Source of the DNA: a virus
Length of the DNA stretch: 64,000 nucleotides
IMG/VR virus record: IMGVR_UViG_3300036985_001643
Span: 1-64,000 of that record
Strand: one strand, 5' to 3'
This document shows, one piece after another, positions 37,694 to 49,500 of this stretch (position 1 is its first letter; every line of letters starts with the position of its first letter). A model generated the notes under the pieces. That model did no database searches. It had not been told where the DNA came from and was given only the letters and a program-made list of their open reading frames with translations. The translations under genes and the position numbers were made by a program.

Positions 37694-40486
37694 ATGGCAT
37701 TTACTCCCTATAGTACTCCAATACAATACGAATACAAACCGTTAAACTTAATGGGTTTCGCAGCTCCTTTAAGCGAAATGCAAAAGGAATTTGATACTAC
37801 TACTTCTGCAATTGACGAAGCAGATGTAGACTTGTCACATTTAGATTTAGGAAAGGATCCTGAAAAAGCTAAAGCTTTAAAAGAATTATATCGAAGTAAA
37901 ACAGAAGAATTAGCTAAAAACTTATATACTTCTAAAAACTATAGACAAGCTGCGTCTAAGTTAAAAGAATTAAATCGTTTATTTCAAACAGATCCTGAAA
38001 AGTTAGCATTAGAAGCTAATTACAAAGCTAGACAAGAATATCATAAAGCTCAAAAAGAACGTATTGATAAACCAGGTGGTATTACTAGAGATCAATACTA
38101 TGAAGATATTGCTCGTAAAGATAGGGAGTATGTCAGTAAAGAAGGAACAAATTGGAAAAACGATCCTAATTTAGAAACAGGAGATTATAATCTTTATGGT
38201 ACTAAAGCTAGACTTGAAGACTTAGAAAAAGAATTTCAAGAAATTTCTTTTAAAGTAGCAAGTGCTGTATCTGGAGATAAACGTACAGGAGCTTTAAAAG
38301 AAATGGGAATAGATCCTGAGTTAATGGATAAACAGTATTCTCAAACAATCATTGATGAACGAGATCCTAAAAAAGTACAAGTTGCTGTAGAGAATTATTT
38401 AAAGACTTTACCAAGATTTAAAAATTGGGCATTGGAAGTTGCTGATTATAAATATGATGCTTTAGCACAAAACCCTGAAGCATTAAAAGAAAAAAATGAT
38501 GCATTAGCTACTAGTGCTTTAAAAAGTATTGATGCTCAATTAGCTAGTTTAGAAAAATCTGCTAAAAAAGATAAAGCCGTTTTAAACAGTGATGAATATA
38601 AAGAATTAGTAGAGTTTAAGCAAGAGTTAGAGCAAGGTAAAACTACAGGAGAATATGATAATGATTTAATGTCTTCTTTGTATAAACAAGAACACTTAGG
38701 TAATGTTTACGACATGAAAGCATTAGGAGAAGTGTTTAAGTATAAAAACGTTGATGTTAACTACAGTTGGAGAGCTATACCAAAAGAAGACACAGGAGAT
38801 GGTGGTGACGGAAGTGATAATTCTTTTAGTTCAGAAACAGGATACTTTATTCCTAATTCTGAAGAAAAATGGTCAATTGATGCTTTAGCTACTAATAAAA
38901 ACAATAGTGCTAAAGCTCTATGGGGTGTTGTAGGAAAAGTAAACGATTTAGTAAGCGGTAATGTTAGAGCAGTAGTAATGGGAGGTGATAAAAATTCTGC
39001 TTCTTATAAAAAGTTATTACAAGATCCTTCTGCTATTAGAGCAAGACAAGCACAATTACTTGGAGCTATTTCTGAAACTTTAGAAGGTGGAGGAGATTGG
39101 AAAGCCTTTAAAAATAAGGCTGCACAAAAAGGTCTTAAAATGGAAGACGGTAGAGCATATACTATTTGGAAAAGTTTAACTAAAAACGGTAATCAAGGTA
39201 TTGCTGATTTTAAAGCTTCTATAGATGCTACTGAAGAAGACGCTAATCAATATATTAATTCTCAAAAGTTATTAAACACTATTCAAAAGAATGTAACTGA
39301 AACACAAGAATTTAAAAGTTTTGCTAATACATTAGGTTCATATGTACCTGGTGATACTGAATTAGGTTACAATTCAGGTATAGGTCAAGATTACGTACCA
39401 AGTAGAGCTGATGAAGAACGTGATAAAAAAGCACAAAAATTATTTAACCCTGATTCATATAGTAAAGAAGCTTTAAATAAAATAGGTTTTATATCAGGAT
39501 CATCATTTTCAAAAGCATTAGGAACTGTTTTCAAAGGATTTACTAAATACTTAAGTATGGATCAAGTGGCTCAATTACATGGTTATAAAAATGCTTTAGA
39601 CGCTGCAAATAAAGGATACGACTTTGCAGGGTTTAAACCTGTTATTAATGCAAAAGGAGAACTAGGAAGTACTAATATTATTTGGGGTGATGCTAAATAT
39701 ACAGGAAAAACAGCTCCTCAAATATTTCAAGAAAAACAAAACGAAGTTTATAGTAAAGGATTAGTAGCTAATGAGATGTCTTATCGTTTTATTAATGATA
39801 AAAATTTAGATAAACAAATGTCTAAATTCTTTTTAAGTGCTGGAGACTTAGCTAGTTATGTACCTGCTTATAGTAAAAATTGGAAAAATGTACCAGGTTT
39901 TACAGAGGAAGGTGGTTTAGCTGCAGGTACTAAATTAAACATTAACGAAAATAGAGCTCCTAAAATAGTAATGCACGGTAATCAAATGTTATACGAAATT
40001 CCTATTTCATACGAAAAAGATGGAGTATCTACTGAGACTACTGTTACTGTTAAACCTAAAAAAGGAATGAATGTCAGACACGATAAATTATTAAAAGATT
40101 TAGATTGGGCGTCAGGTGGAGGAACAGCTACAGAAGCTGCTGATAGTGAAACTAATACAATGATAAAAGCTATGAGATTTGATAACAAATTTCAAAACAA
40201 TAATTTATCACCTCAATTAATACAGTCTATTGATGTAGCTAAAGGACAATCTCCTGTAGAGTTATTCTCTGCTCCTTTTAGTAATACTACAAAATTAGTA
40301 GTATACAAAGCGAATACTAATGGTACAGATCCTTCTTTAAACATAGCTCAAGTAGATAAAAATTCAGGAAAAGTATTAGGTTATCTTAATAACCCTAAAA
40401 CGGGAAAACCTTTCTACACACACGCTGATGATCCAGAAGCTTACGTTGAAGTAAAAAATCTTATAATGCAAGCTTTAGGAGATTAA
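37694..40486 (+). CDS. ejected cargo protein 2
   Basis: Y.P..Y.P N-terminus followed by a helical domain, typical of the second crAss cargo gene. Confidence 0.6.
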   Translation: MAFTPYSTPIQYEYKPLNLMGFAAPLSEMQKEFDTTTSAIDEADVDLSHLDLGKDPEKAKALKELYRSKTEELAKNLYTSKNYRQAASKLKELNRLFQTDPEKLALEANYKARQEYHKAQKERIDKPGGITRDQYYEDIARKDREYVSKEGTNWKNDPNLETGDYNLYGTKARLEDLEKEFQEISFKVASAVSGDKRTGALKEMGIDPELMDKQYSQTIIDERDPKKVQVAVENYLKTLPRFKNWALEVADYKYDALAQNPEALKEKNDALATSALKSIDAQLASLEKSAKKDKAVLNSDEYKELVEFKQELEQGKTTGEYDNDLMSSLYKQEHLGNVYDMKALGEVFKYKNVDVNYSWRAIPKEDTGDGGDGSDNSFSSETGYFIPNSEEKWSIDALATNKNNSAKALWGVVGKVNDLVSGNVRAVVMGGDKNSASYKKLLQDPSAIRARQAQLLGAISETLEGGGDWKAFKNKAAQKGLKMEDGRAYTIWKSLTKNGNQGIADFKASIDATEEDANQYINSQKLLNTIQKNVTETQEFKSFANTLGSYVPGDTELGYNSGIGQDYVPSRADEERDKKAQKLFNPDSYSKEALNKIGFISGSSFSKALGTVFKGFTKYLSMDQVAQLHGYKNALDAANKGYDFAGFKPVINAKGELGSTNIIWGDAKYTGKTAPQIFQEKQNEVYSKGLVANEMSYRFINDKNLDKQMSKFFLSAGDLASYVPAYSKNWKNVPGFTEEGGLAAGTKLNINENRAPKIVMHGNQMLYEIPISYEKDGVSTETTVTVKPKKGMNVRHDKLLKDLDWASGGGTATEAADSETNTMIKAMRFDNKFQNNNLSPQLIQSIDVAKGQSPVELFSAPFSNTTKLVVYKANTNGTDPSLNIAQVDKNSGKVLGYLNNPKTGKPFYTHADDPEAYVEVKNLIMQALGD

Positions 40487-40497
40487 ACTAAATTTAG

Positions 40498-40505
40498 TAT
40501 ATTTG
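40498..40505 (+). promoter_or_regulatory. TAnnTTTG -7 element upstream of the giant RNAP-containing gene
   Basis: TATATTTG in the short intergenic gap, 19 nt before the ATG at 40525. Confidence 0.55.
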
Positions 40506-40524
40506 TTAGATAATATTATACCTC

Positions 40525-43500
40525 ATGGCAAAGAAAAAAATTGTTCCCCCACCACCAAGTCCTGTTAGGTTACAGGCTTTATCTTTAGATACTAAATCAG
40601 ATAAAACTTTAGGATATAATTCAGATATTATTGACGAAGTAGGTGCAGGAGAAGAGGCAGACAGTGGTGTTATGCAAAAACACTACGCTCAAAAAGATGC
40701 TAATTTTTTTGATCCTTATGAGGATTATGTAGATAGAAAAACTTTACATGGTGGGCAATTTGATATAGAAGAATTAAATACTATTAGAGCAACTAATCAA
40801 TCTAATTGGGAACAAGCAGGTCATGCTGTTGCTAGAGTTGCTACTAACATTGTACCTCAAATTATATCAGGGTTTGCTTCTATGGTAGATTTACCAGGTT
40901 ATATAGACGCTGAACATGCTGCTAGTAATAAGATTGTCAATTGGGCAATGGATTTAAAAAAGGAAGTTGATGAAGATTGGTTTCCTATTTACGAAGAAAA
41001 ACCTGGACAATCTATGAGTCTTTCCGATCCTGCTTGGTGGATGTCAAGAGGTTCAGGATTAGTAGAATCGGTAGGTTCTTTTCTTGCTCAAGGTTTTGGA
41101 GTAGGTAAAGTAGTTTCTTTAGGAGCAAAAGGAATAGGTAGTGTTTTACAAGGTAAGAAGTTATTCGCAGCTTTAGAGGCTATACCTGGAGTTACAAGTG
41201 GAGCAAACGTAGCTAAAAGAATAGGAGGAGCTACTCAAAGTTTAACTACAGCTGCAATGTTAAATCAATCTGAAGCTGTAATAGAAGCTACTCAAGTATT
41301 TAATGATACTTATAAAGCTAGACTAGACGAAGGTTGGGATTATGCTAAAGCTAAAAAAGCGGCTGCTGAAGCTGCTTCTACTACTATGAATCTTAACAGG
41401 ATTAATATCTTGTTAAACTTAAGTTCTGCTACAGCGTTCTTAAAAGGACAAAAGTATACTAGACAATTATTAAAAAACCCTACGTTAGGACATACTTCAA
41501 AAGAATTAGTAAAAGAAGGTTCTCAAGAAGCAGTTGAAGAGTTAATCAATCATGTTGCTTCTAAAGCAGGTATGGCTAAAGGAGCTGAGAAAAATTATAC
41601 TTTTGAAAATGCTTTAAACGATATCCATTCTATGGAAGGTTTAGAAGCTGCATTTTTAGGAGCTATTGGAGGTATTGCTCAAACAGGTGGTACTAAAGCT
41701 TTAGAATACAGTAAGTATGGACCAGGAAGTACTACAGACGAATCAGGTGTTAAGATAAGTAAAGTACAAGATGCTCGTAATAGATACCAACAACAACAAG
41801 AAGTTATTAACGAATTAAAGGATAAAGGTGTTAAAATCACAGATGCTTTAAATAGTGTTAAAGAACAACTTGTATTTGAAGAAAAATTAAATGCTGCTTA
41901 CGCAAGTGGTAACGTAGAAGAGGTTAAAACTTTACACGCTCAAATGTTTGAGAATGTAGCAGCTAAACATTTTTCTGCAGGTACTACTGAAGTATTAGAA
42001 AACTTATTAAAAGCAGAGTCTCAAAAAGATCCTGAAGAAGTAGGACAAGACTATATTGATAGAGCTAAACAAGCTGTTAAAGATTTAAGAACCTTAGAAA
42101 ACATCTATAACAATGCTGAAGAATACGCTAATGTAGATGAAGTATATAGAAATAGAGCTAGTAAATTAAGAGCAGAAAAAGTTGTTCCTGAGGCTACTAC
42201 GTTACAAAAAGAATCTGAGTTCCAACTTAATCAAGAAGTTGACGCTATTGCTAAAAAACACATGTTTGATAGAGAGCGTCAAGTATTAATTAAGAAAAAC
42301 GGAGTAGTAGTAGACACAGAAACTAAAACAGAGAAAGCTCCTATTACATATTCTCTTTCTGACTTAGAAAACAATACTGGAGACACTGATGCTAACAAGG
42401 CTGTATATGAGAAATTCTTAGCAGAAGTAAAAGCATTACCTTCTTATGAAAGTACTAATTTTTATACTGAACAATTAGATGCTTTACAAAAGCAAATAAG
42501 AGATTTAGATAAAGATTATAAAAATATTACTTCAGATGCTTATCAAAAAACAGCTAAAGCTAAAGCAGCTGAAAAAACTAAAGTAGAACAACTTACTAAA
42601 GATTTACCTAAAGTATCTACTATCTCTGAAGTAGAAAAAATGAAAGAATCTACTACAGATAAAGACTTTCACAAAGCTGCTGATGCTAAAATCGAAGAGA
42701 TCAAAAAGAGTAACGATGCTCAAGCTAAACAGAAGAAGACTCAAGCTACAGTTGCAGAGCTTAACACTAGAATAGAAAAAGCTACTGAAGAAGAATTAGA
42801 AGGGTTATTAGAAGAAATTAATAATGCAGAATTAAGTCAAACACATAAGACTAATCTACGTAACGCTTACGATAGAAGAGCAAGTATACTTAACGGTACA
42901 CCTGTAGCTGTATCTCCTGAAGAAGAAAACCCTTTAGGTGCTTTTGGTTTTACTAATAATAACCCTAACGATACAGCAGAGGAAATAAAAAGAGAAGAGG
43001 AATCTCGTGCTACTAATCTTCCTAAGGATTTACCTAATCCTAAAACAGAGACTAAAGATGTAGAACAACAAGTTGCTGATACAGCAACTAAGTTATTAGA
43101 AACAGATACTACTAGAGTTACAGGACAAGATACTCAAGGTAACTTAACTTATGCTTACGGTAAGTCTACAGAAGGTCACAACTCTGGAGCAGTATTAAGT
43201 AGAGAGTTTACACAAACAGAAAATGGAGGAATAGTAACAAGAGAGGAATCTACAGATGATATAGAAAATCTACAAGTGTTAGATCCTGAAGTATTACAAT
43301 CAGGTACTCCGTTAATAATGGAAGTAGATACTGATTACATAGGTCCTAAGTATGATCCTTCTTCTAGTACTAGAGAAACTACTTCTTGGGTAGATAGATT
43401 AGCAGTGTTAAAAGCTAAAGCTGAACAACAAGGTATTCCTTTAACACAGTTAAAGGAGTATATTGCTGAAGTACCTATTAAGGTAACTATGGAAGACGGT

Positions 43501-46500
43501 ACTACTGTATTCTACGTACACGATAATGCTTGGTTTAGAGAAGAAAACCTTGACAATACACCTGATGCTATTGCTCAAGATAAAGCTAACAACTTTAAAA
43601 TCAGAGAACAAATAATCAAAAAAGGTAAAGTTACTACTAAAGTATCTTATAAAAGTTTTGGTCATTTATTCAGAGCTTACGATGGCTCTAAGATTACTAC
43701 TTCTGAAGCAATGCCAGATAGTGACTTAGCGTTATCTGTTTGTAAGAATGAATCTTTAGATTTTACAAAAGGTAAACTATTACCAACTACTTTACAAGAA
43801 GGTAGAACTTATGCAATAGTACCTGTAGGACCAGATACTTACTTACCTGTTCCTTTAGAAAGAGCTCCTATTACTCAAGAGATAGTTGATTCTATTATGA
43901 TTGCTGTAGAGGCTCACCTTTCAGGTGACACTGAGAATCCTGTTGTACAGGCTATCGGTAACTCTAACTTAGGCTTAGACATTACTACTACTGAAGGTTT
44001 AAATAAATATGTTCAACAATTTATCTACTTGTATCCTACAGAGAAACAAGAAGGTATTGAGAATCTTTTAATTAACCAAGGTGGTTCTAAAAGTACTTTG
44101 TCTTCTAGTAGACCTATTATTGCAATAACAGCAACAGGTATCGAGTTTGGTAAACCTGGTGTACAAATGGGTTCTTTTACTAATCAAGATGGTGTTAAAG
44201 TACAATCTTTTGCTGTAGTTCTTTCTAAGAACTTTAAGAAAGATGCTAAGACTACAAAAGGTTTAGCAGCGTTAAGAGCTATCTTAGAAAGTGGTAATAT
44301 ACTTTCTCATACTCGTTTAGAAAACTTACAAAAGAATCTTGACAGTGTTATCTTATTAGATAACCAAGGAGCTACTAGAACTATTAAGTACTCTCAACAA
44401 GTAAAAGATTCTACAGTTACTAATCTACGTTCTATTAATATAGGTACAGAGGAAGCACCTAAGTATGTGTATACTATACAACCTACTATTAAGTTTGATG
44501 TAGCGTTTGCTAAATTAGATAAAGTTAAAAAAGCTAGTTCTACTACTAAGAAAAAAGTTACTGTTCCTAAAGTTACTGTAACTCCTGTTGCTACTAAAAC
44601 TACTATTCCTGTTACTACTACAGTTGCTGTATTACAACCAAATGATCTTCAACTTAATGTATCTGCTACTACTAAAAAAGCAGGTATGGATTCTATTACA
44701 AAGCAAGATTCTAGCATAGAGTCATTTGATGAAAATAAGTTTATCAGAGTAACAAAAGCTAATGCAGATGATGTTAATGGTAAATATTATGCTATTGATA
44801 ATGGAGTACTAAGAATAAGAATTAATGGAAAAGATGCTGTTTCAGGCAGAACAGGAGGAGCAACCCAAATAAGTGTTAAAGTCCCAGTAGGATTTAATGA
44901 AAAAGTCTTTGCGGAAAAACTTAAAAACATAAGTCATAAAGACGGTGTTACTACTGATAAAGCTGTACAACAAGTTGTTAATGATGTTAGAAAAGCAATC
45001 ATAGAAGCACAATCAACTTCCGCAACTACTTCTACTATAGAAGCTAAGAAAGCTGATATAGAAAGAAGAAGACAGACAGGAACTAATGTTAGAGGTACAA
45101 CTTATAAAGGAGAAACTACTGAAAAAGATGAATTAAAAGTTACTAAGTATTCTGAGTTTTTTCCTGATGGAAAAAGGATCTCTAAAGGAGGTAGAATAAT
45201 GTTACCTGCTGAATTTATAGAAGAGTACAATATAACTGATCAAGATTATTTAGATAGTCTTGAAGGAGCTACAGAAATAAGAATATATGAAGTAAGAGTA
45301 GGAAAAGATGGTAGATCAGGTATAAGCATACAAGGAACTTTTCCAGAAGGAAACATAGAAACGGATGTTGCTGGTACAGAACTAACTGCTTTAAGTGAAA
45401 CTCGAGATGACATAGAAGCTCAAAAAGCTGATGTAGAAAGAAGAACTACAAAAGTAATATCTTCAGAAATTGTAGAAAAAGGGAACAGAAAAGGTCAAAC
45501 AAGAACAGTAACTCAAACTAATTCTATAAAAGATGTAGAAGGTACAATAGTAAGTGTAACAGAATATGAAGCAAAAGTTGGAGATACTACTATCACACTG
45601 GGAGGTAAATCAATGACTGTTAAAGAGTTCAAAGAAGAATTTCCATTAGATGAGGATTATGAAGAAATATTTGCAAGTTGGCCAGATTTAAATGATGATA
45701 CAATAATTACAGTAAGAAAAGTAAAAAGAACGCCTACTAACTCAAGGTATAAAACTGTTGTGAATATTTTCAACCCTGTGTTAGGGGGTGAGATGGATAT
45801 AACTATTAAAAAAGATGATACTAAATATGATGCAGAACTAGCTGCTTTAAAGCAACCTGTTGCTGGTAAACAAGTTCAGATAGATGATATAGAAAGAAGA
45901 CAAAGAGTGGCTGATATAATTACATCTCAGTTTGAATTAGGTGTTGAACTTCCAAAAATTTTAGAAACATTAGCTGAACAAGGTTATGTAGAAAAGATTA
46001 ATAATAGTGCATTTTTTAAACAAAGTGTTGGTAGAGATGCTATAGTTTTTAATATTGATGGTGCAATAGTACCTATATATAGAAGCTCAGAAGGAACAAG
46101 TAGTAAAACAAAAGGTAAGTGGTATCCTTTTTTCTTTAATGCAGGAGACTGGTTAGTTAAAGGAATGGCTGATAGTTATAAAGATGGTTACAATAATCCT
46201 ATTATTAAACAAATATTAAATAGTTTAAATACTAATTATACCTATGACAAACCAATTGCAAAAGTAAATGGTAACAATAAAGAGGTATTAGTATTATTAG
46301 GTCTTGAAGGATTTGATGAAGAAAATAATGGTATCTATGATTACCAAAATTATCTTGCAGCATCTATAGTATTAAAAGATTGGCAAAGTAAATTAGGTAA
46401 TATTGATGTGTCAGGTTATCAAGAGTATCTTGATGGTGCATTATCTGGGTTAATAAAAGCTAATCCAACTTTAAAATCAGAAATAGAAAGTGCATTTAAA

Positions 46501-49500
46501 ACTGCATCAGATAGTTTTGCAGAACTAGCTGCTTTAGAACAAAGCACAAGTGTTGTAAAAACTCAAAAAACAGAATTAGAGAAAGTAGAACAGGTTAAAG
46601 ATGTAGTAATAAATGGAGAAAAATATTCATATTATCCATTAGCTGTAAGCCAATCTTCAGGAGCATCTGTGTTAATAGCAAACAAAAAATCTATTTTAAT
46701 ATCAGACGATTATGGAAATATTTCTGAGTTAGAAACAGCTGAAGAAAAGATTACAGAAAACGATATTACAGCAGGTAATATTTTTTACATGACTGTAGAA
46801 AAAGGAGTTCCTAGAATTGTTTCAATAGAAGAAAGTTTACCTGAATTAGGTAATGAAAATGGTTTAAGAACTTATTCAATGAGAATAACTTCTTATGACG
46901 CAGGAGGATCAAAAGAAATAGAGTCAGGAATTGGTGATTTAGGAAAAATAAAATCATTAGAAAGTAGTATTGGTAAAAGTGATCTTAGTAAAAAAGAATT
47001 AGCTTCAGAGTTAAATAAACTAGGAGTAAAGAAATTAAAAGTAAAGCAAGGACTTATTGTACCTACAATACCTTCAATTACAAATCAAGGAAACTTTGAA
47101 GAAGATAATACTATTGAGTTACCTAACGATTTAAAGATAGATGCTGCTATTACTTTTACATCTAGTAATGTTTTTCAAAAAACTTTTAAATCTATAACTA
47201 CAGCAATTGTAGCAAGTAAGTTGCAATTTACTAAACCTGGTAGATTTATAACTAAAGAAGGAACTTTAACTAAAGAAGGTGAAGAAATATTAAAAAAATT
47301 AACTTCTACTGCTTCTCCTAAAAATTTAAGAGAGTTAGATGCTTTAATTTCTAGCAACTTAGATAAACAACTTTGGGAAAACGAAAAAGAAAATAGTATA
47401 AACTCTATTGTTTTAGACGCTATTACTCAAAATAAAAAAGTAGCTAATTCGTTATTAAGTACAGGAAGGGTAAAATTTAATTCTGAATATAGTAATGCAT
47501 TTGTTGCTACTAGAGAAACTATTAGAGCTAAAAACAAAGAAAATATACAACAGTCCTTTAATAATATTCCAAGTTTAAAAGAATTAAATTCTCCTGCTTT
47601 AGAACAAACTACAGAGCAAGTTATTGCTAACTCTCCTATTCCTTCTGCTGAACAGCAAGTTGAAGAAGCTATTGATCCTGAAACAATCATAGAACAAGAG
47701 GCTATTCAAATGTTAGCTGATCATACAATTGAAGAAATTAATGGATTCTTAGACAATATTAATATAGGTTTAATCACTGAAGAAGATTTACAAGGACAAT
47801 CTTTAGAACAAGTTAAACAAGCAATTAACAGAGCTAAAGAAATACATAAAAAGAATAGTGAGAAGAAAACAACTTTCCAATTTCCTGGAAAAAAGAGTAT
47901 TACCGTTGATGGTAACACTAAAGATTCTACGGATATCTCAGAGGATACTTTTGATTATTTAATTAGTCCTCTAAACGAAGAACAAGTAGACGAGTTAAAC
48001 GCTGAGGTTGAAGCAATGATTATTAGAGGTGTAGACTCTGAGACACAACGTTCTTTAATTGCTTATATATCTGCAGAGATTATTCAAAAAACTCTTGCTG
48101 AGAAAGAAGTAGGTGGAGCGAGAACAGTGAAGGTTAAAGATATAATGGATACCAATAAAGAATACTTTATTGCCTTAGCAGAGTACTACAAGGAAAACGG
48201 TTTACCTAACAAAGCTAAAAGATTAGAAGCTGTTGTAGAACAGTTTGATAAAGTAGATAGGTTAGTACAACAATACATGAGTCTTCTTACTACAGGTACA
48301 GTAACTTCTAAACCAAAAACAGAAAGTGAAGAATCAGTAGGATTAGAGAAGACTTTATACACTGATGATTGGGCGTTTACTATCGATTCTAAATCTACAG
48401 CTTCTGGAGATTTAAAGAAATTCTTTGCTAATATACAAGCACAGGATAAAGACGGATTAAAACAAAACAGTCTAGGGTTAGAAGAGATAATGCCTTTTGA
48501 TGCAGTATACGATACTCTTCACGAGATATTAGCTAACAAACCTGCTGACTATACAACAATGATGGAGATTCTTAAGTTGTATGCAGAGAATTTCCCTTGG
48601 ATAAACTCTGTAGTAGAATCTATAGAAAAAGCTCCTGAACGTATTAAAAACGAATTTGTTTCAGATATGGCTAAACACCATATAGAGATGTCGTTTGTAA
48701 TGTGGGAAAGAAACAAAAACGGTACTTATAACCTACAACGTTGGTCAAGTAACTCTGCATCTAAAGAGAATAGATTAAGAGCGATGTGGCAATCTAACTT
48801 AAGAGGTGTAGGTACTTCTAGTAACATTGTAGTAGTTAATGACGAAGACGAATACGTATTTGACCACGTAGTTGTAGATAGATTAATAACTCAAGCAGAG
48901 AAGTTTGCTGAGGATCCTTCTGTGGTTACTAACGATGATATTGCTAATTGGTTAGGTCAATTAGGTATTGTACTTGCTGATGACACTTACGATGACTTAC
49001 GTAACGGTTTATTCAACAATAAAGGTAAGAAAACCTTTAACCAATTATTTACTCATTCTCAAGGGTTATTTAAAGTACTTACTGCTAAATTAAAAACTAT
49101 CAGTAATGGTAGACCTAAACCAGGAAAACCTAATACTAACTTAGTAGATAACGCTAATTTAATGACGGATAGTGTTGTTAAAGCATTGGCTAAATTAGAC
49201 GCTACTAATAGTCTTAATACTTCTTCTAACTCTTTCCAATCGGGTGGTAAAACTGTTTACTCTTACGGTAACAATAACTACTTAGTAAACCGTATGAGAG
49301 ACTTAACGGCTCACAATGGAGAAAAGTTTATTAACGAAGAACTTATTAAGCATTTACAAGATACTTCTTTTACTAAAGATAGTTTATGGTTAAAAGATAT
49401 TACTTCTACAGATGCTTTAGGAGAAGCTGCTAGAAGAGAGTTAGGGTTAAACTACTTATCGTTAGAAGCGTTAAAGAAAAAGTTTACACCTTCTCAAGAT

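Noticed and set aside
45037-46542. CRISPR-like array
   Set aside because: The repeats are degenerate, in-frame coding linkers with 300-600 bp spacing, and no cas genes are present.
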